The notes beneath the pieces are model-generated. The model worked only from the letters and a program-made list of their open reading frames with translations, was not told the origin of the DNA and made no database searches. From assembly GCA_017305195.1 (NCBI GenBank), contig JAFKMU010000049.1:38638-102637 (forward strand): DNA of 64,000 nucleotides, in the 5' to 3' direction. Position numbers and translations under genes: made by a program. Below are positions 31,980 to 41,860 of the stretch, one piece after another. This DNA is from Verrucomicrobiota bacterium. GTDB lineage: Bacteria; Verrucomicrobiota; Verrucomicrobiia; Chthoniobacterales; Terrimicrobiaceae. Numbering within the stretch: the first letter of the stretch is position 1; each line of letters begins with the position of its first letter.

Positions 31980-32678
31980 GAAGCTGCCGAGCCGGGCGGT
32001 GAGAGCGAGCAGGGTGACCTTGGGGCGGTCGACGAGGAAGCTCTTCATGCCGATGGCCTCCGCCCCCTGCCGATCTCGCACCGGATCGTCGCCGACGTGC
32101 AGGCAATCGGACGGGGTCGCCCCGAGAGAGGATGCGGCGGCCTCAAAGATCGCGGCATCCGGCTTGTCGGCTCCGCAGACGCTGGAGATCGTGACGGATT
32201 GAAAGTACGGCGTGATTCCGAGCCCGGCGAGAATCGCCTCCAGGCGGCGGTCGAAATTGGAAATCACGCCCAGAGGAAAGGCCGCCGACAGCGCCTCCAG
32301 GCACCCGTGCACCTCGGGGAAAAGCTCCCAGCTCGCGGGTTCGGCGTAGCGCCGATAGACGGCGTCGAACCATGCCTCCTCATTAAAAGAGGAGGGGAGG
32401 GAATCGCAGCCCTGGCGCAGGGTTTGCAAGGCCAGCGCCCGCCACCATGGGCGGTCGTCCTCCTCGCGCGGCCCTGCAATCGTTGCGCGGGGCGACTGCT
32501 CTTTCCATGCCTGACGAAAGGCGGCATCCATCCTTGCGGAGTCGGCCTTTGCGCCGAACTCCCGGGCGATTTCTGCGTAAGTGCTTCCAACAGGGGCAGT
32601 GAGCCGGATCAAGGTTCCGGCAGCGTCAAAAAAAATGGCTCGGGGTTGACCCTTGACCTTCGGCAAGCGGGCGCTCAT
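31971..32678 (-). CDS. HAD-superfamily hydrolase (subfamily IA phosphatase). A candidate phosphatase for the glycosyl-phosphoglycerate product.
   Basis: HAD motif I FFDAAGTL, motif II ISN and motif III K...GDD..D (VGDDPVRD). Confidence 0.75.
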   Translation of the reverse strand: MSARLPKVKGQPRAIFFDAAGTLIRLTAPVGSTYAEIAREFGAKADSARMDAAFRQAWKEQSPRATIAGPREEDDRPWWRALALQTLRQGCDSLPSSFNEEAWFDAVYRRYAEPASWELFPEVHGCLEALSAAFPLGVISNFDRRLEAILAGLGITPYFQSVTISSVCGADKPDAAIFEAAASSLGATPSDCLHVGDDPVRDRQGAEAIGMKSFLVDRPKVTLLALTARLGSFLA

Positions 32679-32747
32679 ATTCCTCTATTCCCAACGATGC
32701 GGCAAGCGGGGCACAGTCCCGCTTTTTTCATCTCGGGGTCCTGACAT

Positions 32748-34013
32748 ATGAATTCCGAACTCATTGCCATGCTTGATTACCTCGAGCGGGAACGTAGCAT
32801 CAAACGCGAAGTTCTCGTCGAGGCGATTTCCAACGCCCTCCTTGCGGCGTCAAAGAAGAGCTTTACCTCGGGAACCCGGGAACTGCGTATCGACATCAAT
32901 CCCAAGAATGGCGAGATCCGTGCTCTTGCCAAGCTGATTGCCGTCGAGAAGGTGAGCAATCCGCACGACGAGATCCTGCACTCCAAGGCGAAGGCGCTCA
33001 AGGCCGACATCCAGCTCGGCGAGGAGATCGAGGTGGAGGTGACGCCGCGTGACTTTGGCCGTATCGCCGCCCAGGCCGCGCGCCAGGCGATCAACCAGCG
33101 TATCCGCCAGATCGAGAAGGACATGATCTATGAGGAGTTCAAGGATCGCGCCGGTGAGATCGTGAGCGGCGCCGTCCGCCGTTTCGAAAAGTCGAACGTG
33201 ATCGTCGACCTCGGCAAATTTGAAGGCACCATGCCATCCTCCGAGCGTGTCGTGACGGAGGAGTACAGCATCGGTGACCGCGTCCGCGCTTACGTCGTCG
33301 AGGTGCAGAATGGTGTCCGCGGTCCGGAGATCATCCTGTCCCGCAGCCATCCGAATTTCGTTCGCCGCCTCTTTGAGATCGAGGTCAGCGAAATCGCCGA
33401 CCGCACGGTCGAGCTCAAGGTCATCGCCCGCGAAGCGGGGTATCGCACCAAGGTCGCCGTCCACAGCGCCGACGCGAAGGTCGATCCCGTGGGAGCCTGC
33501 GTCGGAATGCGCGGCGCCCGCGTAAAGAACATCGTGCGCGAGCTGAACAATGAGAAAGTGGATATCATCCGCTGGGACCCGGACCCGCTCAAGTTTGCCG
33601 CCGCTGCGTTGAAGCCGGCCAACATCCGCAATATTTCGCTCGATGAAAACACGCACACCATCCGGGTGCTTGTCGGGCGCGAAGACCTCTCGCTCGCCAT
33701 CGGCAAGCGCGGGCAGAACGCCCGCCTGACCTCCAAGCTCACGGGCTGGAATGTCGACATCGAGGAAGACAAGACGGCTGAGCAAGTGCTCGCCAGCCAG
33801 AAGGCCCAGGCCGCGCATTCCGTGGCGGAAGCCTTGGGTATCAGCGAGGAAGAAGCTGGCATCCTGGCCGAAAATGGAATGAACTCCATCGAAGCTATCT
33901 TGACGGGCGATGCCTCGGACATCGCGGAGCTCCTCGGCTGCGACGCAGAGCGGGGACAAAAGATTTACGAGGCGGCAAAAGCGGCCGCCGAGCACGCACC
34001 GGCCGCTTCCTAG
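32748..34013 (+). CDS. nusA: Transcription termination/antitermination factor NusA.
   Basis: N-terminal domain, S1 and two KH domains (GACVGMRGARV). Confidence 0.9.
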   Translation: MNSELIAMLDYLERERSIKREVLVEAISNALLAASKKSFTSGTRELRIDINPKNGEIRALAKLIAVEKVSNPHDEILHSKAKALKADIQLGEEIEVEVTPRDFGRIAAQAARQAINQRIRQIEKDMIYEEFKDRAGEIVSGAVRRFEKSNVIVDLGKFEGTMPSSERVVTEEYSIGDRVRAYVVEVQNGVRGPEIILSRSHPNFVRRLFEIEVSEIADRTVELKVIAREAGYRTKVAVHSADAKVDPVGACVGMRGARVKNIVRELNNEKVDIIRWDPDPLKFAAAALKPANIRNISLDENTHTIRVLVGREDLSLAIGKRGQNARLTSKLTGWNVDIEEDKTAEQVLASQKAQAAHSVAEALGISEEEAGILAENGMNSIEAILTGDASDIAELLGCDAERGQKIYEAAKAAAEHAPAAS

Positions 34014-34041
34014 GCCATGAAAACGATAATTTCTCCCTTTA

Positions 34042-36168
34042 ATGGCCACACCAAAATCGATCGCCAAGAAACCCGAAGACAAAGCCGGAAAGAACGCTAA
34101 GCGCCCCGGAGGCGCTGGCACGCCCGTATCCAATCCACCTGAAGAGGCTCCCAAGGAGCCCGTGGTGAAGCAGGAGGCTGTGGACCTCCTGGAGCCCAAG
34201 AAGAAGGTCAAGAAGCGCGATGATTCCGTCGGAATCCGCCGCATCCTTCCGCCCATTTCCAAGATCCAGGCCCGTCAGGAGCCTGCTCCCGCCCCGGCTC
34301 CCGTCGAGCCCGAGCCTGCTGTCGAGGAAGCCCCCGCACCCGTGGCCGAAGAGGCCCCGGTGGTCGAGGAAGTCGTCGAGGAGACGCCGAGCAACGTGAT
34401 CCATCTCAAGGCGTCCATCGCCGTGAAGGATCTGGCGCCCTTGATCAACATCAAGCCCTTCCAGGTCATCAAGGACCTGATGGAGCTGCAGATTTTTGCC
34501 AACATCAACCAGACTCTCGAGCTGGATACCGTGGCCAAGCTGTGCGAGAAGCACGGCTTCATCCTTGAGCGCGAGAAGAAGGACACCTCCAAGGGCCATC
34601 ACAAGGTCGAGGTGAAGGTCGAGGCTCCCAAGGAGCCGGAGAAGCCGAAGGAAGAGGCGCTCAAGCCACGCGCCCCGATCGTGACCTTCATGGGCCACGT
34701 CGACCACGGCAAGACCTCGCTTTTGGATGCCATTCGCAAGGCCCGCGTCGCCGCGGGTGAGGCGGGCGGCATCACCCAGCACATCGGCGCGTACAGCGTC
34801 GAGCGCAACGGGCAGCAGATTACCTTCCTCGACACCCCGGGCCACGCGGCCTTTACCGCGATGCGCGCCCGCGGCGCCAATGTCACGGATATCGTGGTCA
34901 TCGTCGTGGCGGCGGATGACGGTCTCATGCCACAGACGATCGAGGCCATCAGCCACGCCAAGGCGGCCAAGGTCCAGATCATGGTGGCCATCAATAAGAT
35001 GGACCTTGCAGCGGCCAACCCCGACCGCGTGAAGACCCAGCTCCAGGAGCACGGGCTTACGCCGGAAGACTGGGGCGGTGAAATCATCTGCGTGCCGGTC
35101 AGTGCGACCAAGGGCACGGGCATCGATGATCTGCTGGAAATGATCAACCTCCAGGCGGAAGTGCTGGAGCTCAAAGCCGATCCCAAGGCGCTCGCCCGAT
35201 GCAATGTCATCGAGGCGCAGCTCGAGCAGGGTCGCGGCCCGACGGCCACGGTCATTGTGCGCATGGGCACGCTCCACGTGGGCGACACCTTCATCTGCGG
35301 CAACTACTGGGGCAAGATCAAGCAGCTCATCAGCGACCTCGGCAAGCCCATCAAGTCCGCCGGTCCGGCCATGCCGGTAAAGGTGCTCGGCCTGAGCGGC
35401 CTGCCCAATGCCGGTGACGAACTCGTGGTCATGGACGACGAGCGCGCCGCCCGCGCCCTGAGCGAAGAGCGGCTCCTTGGCCTCCGCCAGAACAAGCTCG
35501 CCGCTCCGCAGCGCGCGACTCTGGAAAACCTCTTTGCCAACATCGCCGAGGGCCAGAAGCCCACGCTCCAGGTCGTCCTCAAGGGCGACGTGCAGGGTTC
35601 GCTGGAAGCTCTCGTCGGCGCGCTCAAGGACATCCCGCAGTCGAAGATCAGCCTCGATATCATTCACGCCGCGGTCGGTCCGGTCACGGAATCCGACGTG
35701 CTGCTCGCCAGCGCCTCGAATGCCGTCATCATCGGCTTCAGCGTCAAGGTGGAGAACAACGCCTCCACGGTGTCGAAGCGCGAGGGCGTCCAGATCAAGC
35801 TCTACAGCATCATCTACGAGCTGATCGACCAGGTGAAGGAAGCCATGGCGGGCATGCTGGCCCCGGAACTCCGCGAGACCGTCATCGGTCACGCCGAGGT
35901 GCGCCAGGTGTTCGATCTCACCAAGGGAAAGGTCGCCGGTTGCTACGTCACGGACGGTCGCATCGCCCGCACGGCGCGCGCCCGCGTGCTGCGCAAGCGC
36001 CAGCCGATCTACGACGGCGGCATGGCGACGCTGCGACGCTTCCAGGACGAGGTCAAGGAAGTGCGTGCGGGTCTCGAGTGCGGCATCCGCCTCGGCGACT
36101 TCACCGAGTATCTGGCCGAGGACATCATCGAGTGCTACACCCTTGAGAAAGTCGCTCAGCAGCTCTGA
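34042..36168 (+). CDS. infB: Translation initiation factor IF-2.
   Basis: G domain ([21 protein letters not shown]) with a Pro/Ala-rich N-terminus. Confidence 0.9.
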   Translation: MATPKSIAKKPEDKAGKNAKRPGGAGTPVSNPPEEAPKEPVVKQEAVDLLEPKKKVKKRDDSVGIRRILPPISKIQARQEPAPAPAPVEPEPAVEEAPAPVAEEAPVVEEVVEETPSNVIHLKASIAVKDLAPLINIKPFQVIKDLMELQIFANINQTLELDTVAKLCEKHGFILEREKKDTSKGHHKVEVKVEAPKEPEKPKEEALKPRAPIVTFMGHVDHGKTSLLDAIRKARVAAGEAGGITQHIGAYSVERNGQQITFLDTPGHAAFTAMRARGANVTDIVVIVVAADDGLMPQTIEAISHAKAAKVQIMVAINKMDLAAANPDRVKTQLQEHGLTPEDWGGEIICVPVSATKGTGIDDLLEMINLQAEVLELKADPKALARCNVIEAQLEQGRGPTATVIVRMGTLHVGDTFICGNYWGKIKQLISDLGKPIKSAGPAMPVKVLGLSGLPNAGDELVVMDDERAARALSEERLLGLRQNKLAAPQRATLENLFANIAEGQKPTLQVVLKGDVQGSLEALVGALKDIPQSKISLDIIHAAVGPVTESDVLLASASNAVIIGFSVKVENNASTVSKREGVQIKLYSIIYELIDQVKEAMAGMLAPELRETVIGHAEVRQVFDLTKGKVAGCYVTDGRIARTARARVLRKRQPIYDGGMATLRRFQDEVKEVRAGLECGIRLGDFTEYLAEDIIECYTLEKVAQQL

Positions 36169-36181
36169 TCGGCGCTCCAAC

Positions 36182-38083
36182 GTGCTGAATCTTGCGGCGG
36201 TCGTTTTTACGGCCGCCGTTTTGGCATCATCGTCGGTCGCCCAGGAGGTCGCAGCCCCGGTCATCGACAATACCGGGTCGGTCGAGAATCCCAAGCCGAC
36301 CTGGGAGACCCAGAAGCAGGCGCGCACCTTCGTGCTGGGCATCCCGGCGCCTCGCGGCCAGATCGTCGATCGCAACGGCAGGCCGCTCGCCCAGACGCGG
36401 CTGAGCTACAATCTCGCCGTCAGCTTTCCCGCTCCGCTCGACTGGACGGATAACCGCATCCTCGCCTTCGCACGCCAGCAGATCACTCTGGCCCGGGGGC
36501 TCCTCGGCCGCGACATCCAGGTGTCGGACGAGGCAATACTGAACCACTATAAGAACCGCGGCGTGCTCCCGATGGACATCGTCGAGGATCTCCTGCCGCA
36601 GGAGCTGGGCGTCGTCCAGCGCGGGCTCACGCCCAACCTGATACTCCGTCAAACCTACGTACGTACCTACCCGCAAGGATCGCTTGCGGGACATATCATC
36701 GGCTACACGGGACGGGAGGCGCCCCTGTCGGTGCGACCGATTGAAAACGGCGACCTGATTTTCTCCGACAGCGAGGGTCGTGAAGGACTGGAGCAGATGT
36801 TTGACAACGAACTGCGCGGGCAGGTCGGTCAGCTTTACGTCACCTACGATGCGAACGGGAACAAAACCTCCGAGCGCATCGCGAAGCCGCCCGTGCCGGG
36901 CTACAACGTCGTCACCACGCTCGACATCGACCTCCAGCGCATTTGTGAGGAAACCCTTGCGGCCAACTGCAAGAGAGGCGCAATGGTCATCATCGACCCG
37001 AACACGGGCGAAATCCTCGCCATGGCCTCGCAGCCGGGATTCAACCCGAATGAATTCGTGCCGATCGTGCGCCGCGATGTCTTCGACCGTTACAACAACG
37101 ACGAGGCCAACCCGCTCATTCCGCGCGCCTACCGGGCGGCGTATCCTCCGGGCTCGACTTTCAAGACCTTCGTCGGCTTTGCCGCCCTGGAGACGAACAC
37201 GATCACGCCGAAGACCCAGTTTGACTGCCCGACGGCCTTCACGGTGGGCGACCATACGTTCAAGAACTGGAAGAAGACGGGAGCAGGCGAGTTGAACTTC
37301 GTCGAGGCTCTCACCCAGTCCTGCAACACGTGGTTCTATCAGGTCGGCATCAAGCTCGGTGCGCCCTCGCTCATTGACTACGCGCACAAGCTCGGCCTGG
37401 GCCGCCGCACGGGCATCCCTCTGCGCGCCGAGCAGGAGGGCAACATCCCGACGGATGACTACATGCTTCGCGTCCATCGGCGGGAAATCAAGAAGGGCGA
37501 CCTTGCCAACATGGCCATCGGACAGGGCGATATCCTGATCTCGCCGCTGCAAATGGCGCAGGCCATGGGCGTCATCGCGTCGAGCGGACAGTTTCATATC
37601 ACCCGCCTCGTGTCGCAGATCCAGAGCATCGACAACAAGGTGGTCGCGGCGTATCCCGACCGCATCCGTGAGAACATCCCGGTGACTCCGCTGGTCGACA
37701 AGACGCTCCGGACGGCGCTCAAGGATGTCGTCTACGACGGGCAGGGTACGGCGCACTCCGCTCAGGTGAAAGGGACAACCGTCGCGGGCAAGACCGGCAC
37801 GGCGCAATGGGGCCCGACCAACAAGCAGCGCACGGCGGCGTGGTTCACGGGCTTTCTCCCGGTGGAGAATCCGCAGTACGCCTTTGCGGCGGTCTACGAG
37901 GGCGAGCCCAACGACAACACCGTTCACGGCGGTTCCCACGCCGCTCCGATGGTCGGCAAAGCCTTTCGCCGCATCCTCAAGCTCAAGACCGAGGGCAAGG
38001 AAGCCGAGCAGGCGGAGGCGCAGAAGGAAAAATCGGGGGCCAGCGAGGAACCGGCAACCCCGACCGTCGACGAGTCGAACTAG
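36182..38083 (+). CDS. mrdA: Penicillin-binding protein 2-like peptidoglycan D,D-transpeptidase. Probable GTG start at 36182; the track ORF begins at 36065 inside infB.
   Basis: SxxK (GSTFK), SxN (SCN) and KTGT motifs, a PBP dimerisation domain and an N-terminal hydrophobic anchor. Confidence 0.8.
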   Translation: MLNLAAVVFTAAVLASSSVAQEVAAPVIDNTGSVENPKPTWETQKQARTFVLGIPAPRGQIVDRNGRPLAQTRLSYNLAVSFPAPLDWTDNRILAFARQQITLARGLLGRDIQVSDEAILNHYKNRGVLPMDIVEDLLPQELGVVQRGLTPNLILRQTYVRTYPQGSLAGHIIGYTGREAPLSVRPIENGDLIFSDSEGREGLEQMFDNELRGQVGQLYVTYDANGNKTSERIAKPPVPGYNVVTTLDIDLQRICEETLAANCKRGAMVIIDPNTGEILAMASQPGFNPNEFVPIVRRDVFDRYNNDEANPLIPRAYRAAYPPGSTFKTFVGFAALETNTITPKTQFDCPTAFTVGDHTFKNWKKTGAGELNFVEALTQSCNTWFYQVGIKLGAPSLIDYAHKLGLGRRTGIPLRAEQEGNIPTDDYMLRVHRREIKKGDLANMAIGQGDILISPLQMAQAMGVIASSGQFHITRLVSQIQSIDNKVVAAYPDRIRENIPVTPLVDKTLRTALKDVVYDGQGTAHSAQVKGTTVAGKTGTAQWGPTNKQRTAAWFTGFLPVENPQYAFAAVYEGEPNDNTVHGGSHAAPMVGKAFRRILKLKTEGKEAEQAEAQKEKSGASEEPATPTVDESN

Positions 38084-38089
38084 CCAGAT

Positions 38090-38443
38090 TTACTCGAAAT
38101 AGGTGTCCTCGTGGGAATACGGCGGAGCGCAACAGCACAAAAACCGCAGCGACGTGGTCGCTCGGATGTCGTGGAATTGACCGGGCGGGATGAGGATCGC
38201 GTCGCCCGGGCCGACCAGCCGGGTTTCCTCACCGAGGCCCATCTCGCCTTCACCCTCCAGGATGAAGTAGAACTCCTCGCTCAGCTTGTGGTAGTGCCTT
38301 TGCGTTACGCAACCCGCTGGAACCGAGGCCTCTGCCAGGCTTTGGTTGGCGACCGGGGCGTTGGTGCGGTCGAGAATACTACGAATCTGCGAGCCGTCCT
38401 TGGTCGTAAACGGTTTTTGGCTGGATAGGTTTTGGACAATCAT
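38090..38443 (-). CDS. Cupin-domain protein.
   Basis: Cupin motifs (HYHKLSEEFYFILEGEG ... PPGQFHDI). Confidence 0.7.
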   Translation of the reverse strand: MIVQNLSSQKPFTTKDGSQIRSILDRTNAPVANQSLAEASVPAGCVTQRHYHKLSEEFYFILEGEGEMGLGEETRLVGPGDAILIPPGQFHDIRATTSLRFLCCCAPPYSHEDTYFE

Positions 38444-38460
38444 TGATGTTGGAAAGGATT

Positions 38461-39267
38461 ATGAAGTTTTACGAGGGCTGTACCGCACTGATTACCGGAG
38501 CATCGTCCGGGTTGGGAGCCGAATTTGCCCGGCAGCTTGCGCCGGTGGCCAGGGGGCTCGTGCTGGTGGCACGGCGGGAAGATCGCCTGGAAGCCCTGCG
38601 AGAGGAACTCCTCGAGATTCAGCCGCAGTTGCAGGTGGAGGTTTATGGCGCGGATCTTGCGGTCGAGGAGCAGCGCACCCGCCTGGCCGGATGGCTGGGG
38701 GAGCGCGGGATCGGTATCGATTTTCTGATCAACAATGCGGGGCTGGGCGACCACGGACATTTTGATTCCTCCGACTGGGGGAGAGTGCGGGCGATGATCG
38801 ACGTGAACATCGGCGCGCTCACGCACCTCACGCATCTGCTCCTGCCCTCGATGCTGCGCTCTGGCCGGGCGGCGATCCTCAATGTGAGCTCCGTCGCGAG
38901 CTTCTTCCCGCTGCCCAACATGGCGGTCTACTCGGCTACGAAGGCTTACGTGACCAGCCTCACCGAGGCGCTCGCCATCGAGTTGCGCCCGAAGGGCATC
39001 ACCGTGACCGCGCTGTGCCCGGGTCCGGTGCACACAGAATTCTTTGACGTCGCACGCCGGGGTGAGGATGCCACGGCTCATTATGAAACGATGGGGCCCG
39101 TGGTCGTGACTCCCGCCGCAGCCGTCCGCACCGGACTGGAAGCGGTGGCGAAGGATCGCGCCCGCGTGGTGCCGGGCCTGCTGCTGGCTGTCTCGGTCGG
39201 CGTGGCCCTCGTGGTACCGTTCTTCGTCACACGTGAAATTCTTCGTCTCTTTTCCAAAAAGCTGTGA
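38461..39267 (+). CDS. SDR-family short-chain dehydrogenase/reductase. Start at MKFYEGC.
   Basis: TGASSGLG Rossmann motif, NNAG, and a catalytic S...YxxxK (YSATKAY). Confidence 0.8.
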   Translation: MKFYEGCTALITGASSGLGAEFARQLAPVARGLVLVARREDRLEALREELLEIQPQLQVEVYGADLAVEEQRTRLAGWLGERGIGIDFLINNAGLGDHGHFDSSDWGRVRAMIDVNIGALTHLTHLLLPSMLRSGRAAILNVSSVASFFPLPNMAVYSATKAYVTSLTEALAIELRPKGITVTALCPGPVHTEFFDVARRGEDATAHYETMGPVVVTPAAAVRTGLEAVAKDRARVVPGLLLAVSVGVALVVPFFVTREILRLFSKKL

Positions 39268-40328
39268 AACCAACCGATAAGGATACCTCCGTCGACCAGT
39301 CTCCGTCCTCGTTCGTCCATGAGGTGGCCAAGGCTGTTCCCGGGCTCGCGCGTTTCGCCGACGCGCTCGAGCTGATCAATCCGCATCTGATCTCGGTCGA
39401 GGAGCGAATCCGCGCCCAGGCGCTGGAGTTTGACCCGGCCATCGAAGGGTATGTCTCCTATGTGAGCAACAAGGGCGGCAAGCGTCTGCGTCCCGTCCTC
39501 GCCCTGCTGGCGGGCGGAGCCTCCGGGGAAATCACCTCCGGCCATGTCGATCTCGCGGTGGTGGTGGAGCTGATCCACGTCGCCACGCTCGTGCATGACG
39601 ACATCATGGATGGCGCGGACATCCGCCGCGACCAGCCCACAGCCAATGCGAAGTGGGGCAACTCGTTGAGCGTCCTCCTCGGCGACTGTCTCTTTGCCCA
39701 CGCGCTCCGGCTGGCCGCCGCCTATGGCGACCCGACCATCTGCCTGCGCATCGCCGACGCCTCCGCCGAGGTCTGCTCGGGCGAGATCATCCAGACCCAG
39801 CGCCGCTACGACCTGAATCTCACGACGGAGGAATACTACCGCGTGATCGAGATGAAGACCGCGGCGCTCTTTGCCGTGGCCTGCGAACTCGGCGCCTACA
39901 TCAGCAAGGCCGACCAGAAGGTCATCGACGCGCTCAAGGCCTTTGGGTCAAAGATCGGCGTCGCTTACCAAATCTACGACGACTGCCTCGACCTCGCCGG
40001 TACGGAGGAGGAATTTGGCAAGACGCTCGGTACGGACATCCGCAAGGGCAAGTTTACCCTGCCGATCCTGCTCATGCTGCAGGGGCCGGAAGGTGCCGAA
40101 CTCGAACGCCTCCGCGCCCTGCTCGTCAGCGGCGAAGAAGGCGGCGAGGCGGAACTCCGCGAGATGATCCGCAAGAGCGGCTCCGTCACCGCCGCCGCGC
40201 AGGTGGCTGAAAAGCTCATCGCCGAGGCCTCGCAGGAGCTCGCGTCGATCCCGTCGAACCGTTATGTCGAGGGGCTGCAGGCGATCGCCAACCATGTTGG
40301 CGTGTTGATCAAGGCCCTCCTTGCCTGA
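39264..40328 (+). CDS. ispB: Polyprenyl diphosphate synthase (trans-IPPS, IspB-like).
   Basis: FARM (LVHDDIMDG) and SARM (YQIYDDCLD) aspartate-rich motifs. Confidence 0.8.
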   Translation: MKPTDKDTSVDQSPSSFVHEVAKAVPGLARFADALELINPHLISVEERIRAQALEFDPAIEGYVSYVSNKGGKRLRPVLALLAGGASGEITSGHVDLAVVVELIHVATLVHDDIMDGADIRRDQPTANAKWGNSLSVLLGDCLFAHALRLAAAYGDPTICLRIADASAEVCSGEIIQTQRRYDLNLTTEEYYRVIEMKTAALFAVACELGAYISKADQKVIDALKAFGSKIGVAYQIYDDCLDLAGTEEEFGKTLGTDIRKGKFTLPILLMLQGPEGAELERLRALLVSGEEGGEAELREMIRKSGSVTAAAQVAEKLIAEASQELASIPSNRYVEGLQAIANHVGVLIKALLA

Positions 40329-40333
40329 CCGCG

Positions 40334-41023
40334 ATGCGCATCCGGGAGATCCCGAAATCCGACCGCCCGCGTGAGAAGCTCACCGAGCGCGGTGCGGGTT
40401 CTCTCACCGATGCCGAACTGCTCGCCATCTTTCTGCGCACCGGCATTCGCGGCAAGAGCGCCATCAGCGTCGCCGCCGACCTGCTCCAGCAAAAGGGCGG
40501 GCTGATCGGGCTTTCCCGCTCGACCGCGTCGGAACTTTCGCGCGGCACGAGTGGAGTCGGCCCGGCCAAGGCGGCGGAACTCGCCGCTGCTTTTGAACTC
40601 GGCAAACGGCTGGCGAGGGGAGGCATCGAGCGCCCGATCCTCGACAGCGCGGAGGCCATCTTTTCCTACATCGGGGCCGATCTCCAGGCGATGAACCGCG
40701 AGACGGTGAAGGTCATCCTGCTCGATACGAAGCTGCGCCTCATCCGCGTGGAGGACATCTCGCTCGGGTCCATCAATGAAAGCGTGGCGCATCCGCGTGA
40801 AATCCTGCGGCCCGCGCTGCTGCACTTGGCTTATGCGGTCGTGCTGGTGCATAATCATCCCTCTGGCGATCCATCGCCCAGCCAGGCGGATCGCCGCCTC
40901 ACCGTCCAACTCGCCGAGGCCTCGCGGATCATGCAGATCACGCTCCTTGACCATGTGATCTGCGGGACGTCCGACGGCGGTCGTTCACCCTATTTCAGTT
41001 TTCGCGATTCCGGTCTCCTATGA
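40334..41023 (+). CDS. radC: RadC-like JAB/MPN domain protein (UPF0758).
   Basis: HhH N-terminus and a JAMM-like HNHPSGDPSPSQAD motif. Confidence 0.8.
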   Translation: MRIREIPKSDRPREKLTERGAGSLTDAELLAIFLRTGIRGKSAISVAADLLQQKGGLIGLSRSTASELSRGTSGVGPAKAAELAAAFELGKRLARGGIERPILDSAEAIFSYIGADLQAMNRETVKVILLDTKLRLIRVEDISLGSINESVAHPREILRPALLHLAYAVVLVHNHPSGDPSPSQADRRLTVQLAEASRIMQITLLDHVICGTSDGGRSPYFSFRDSGLL

Positions 41024-41835
41024 AGATTCATCCCTCTGCCATTGTCTCTCCCAAAGCTGTCCTCGCCGATGATGTGGAAATCGGCCCCGGTGTGATCATC
41101 GGCGATGAAGTCACCCTCGGCGCGGGCTGCGTCGTGCAAGCCCACGCCATCATCGAGGGCAAGACCACGCTCGGCACCGGAAACCTCGTCGGCTACGGCT
41201 CCATCATCGGCACCGAGCCGCAGGATTTTGCCTTCAAGAAGGAAACCGTCAGCGAAGTGCGGATCGGAAATGGCAATACCCTGCGCGAATACGTGACCAT
41301 TCATCGCGGAACGAAGGAAGGCTCGGCCACCGAGGTGGGCGACGGGTGTTATCTCATGGTCGGCTCGCATCTCGGCCACAATGTGCGCATCGCCAACCGC
41401 GTCATCATTGCCAATGCCTGCCATCTCGCGGGCTACGTCGAGGTGCAGGAGGGGGCGGTGCTCGGCGGCGGCACGGTGTTTCACCAGTTCATGCGCGTCG
41501 GTCGTCAGGCCATGGTGCGCGGAGGCACGCGCTTCGGGAAGGACATCGTTCCCTATGCCATGGCCGATGCGGATAACTTTCTCTCCGGCATCAACGTGAT
41601 CGGCCTGCGCCGTTCCGGGATGAATTCGGAAACGCGGCAGGAAATCCGCCGCGCCTTCAAGCTGCTCTTCCGCTCCGGGCTGAACGTCTCGCAGGCGGTC
41701 GAGCAGGCGTCGACCATGCCGTGGGGGCCCGAGGCCACGGCGTTCTTCGACTTCGTGCGCGAATCCAGGCGCGGCATCTGCCCGGCCAACCAGCGCAAGG
41801 GTGACCGCGACGAGGGCGGCGAGAGTATTGACTAA
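41020..41835 (+). CDS. lpxA: Acyl-ACP--UDP-N-acetylglucosamine O-acyltransferase.
   Basis: Left-handed beta-helix hexapeptide repeats, MKIHPSAIV start and an LpxA C-terminal helical domain. Confidence 0.9.
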   Translation: MKIHPSAIVSPKAVLADDVEIGPGVIIGDEVTLGAGCVVQAHAIIEGKTTLGTGNLVGYGSIIGTEPQDFAFKKETVSEVRIGNGNTLREYVTIHRGTKEGSATEVGDGCYLMVGSHLGHNVRIANRVIIANACHLAGYVEVQEGAVLGGGTVFHQFMRVGRQAMVRGGTRFGKDIVPYAMADADNFLSGINVIGLRRSGMNSETRQEIRRAFKLLFRSGLNVSQAVEQASTMPWGPEATAFFDFVRESRRGICPANQRKGDRDEGGESID

Positions 41836-41860
41836 AAGCCCCGGCGGGGCCTGTGTTTTA
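41833..41860. terminator. Bidirectional intrinsic terminator-like hairpin between the convergent lpxA and larC genes (aaaaGCCCCggcGGGGCctgtgtttt).
   Basis: A GC stem of 5 bp with a 3-nt loop, flanked by A-run and T-run. Direct read. Confidence 0.45.

Noticed and set aside
34039-36375. 778-aa minus-strand ORF.
   Set aside because: It is antisense to infB.
36227-37939. 570-aa minus-strand ORF.
   Set aside because: It is antisense to the PBP2-like gene, whose SxxK/SxN/KTG motifs are on the + strand.
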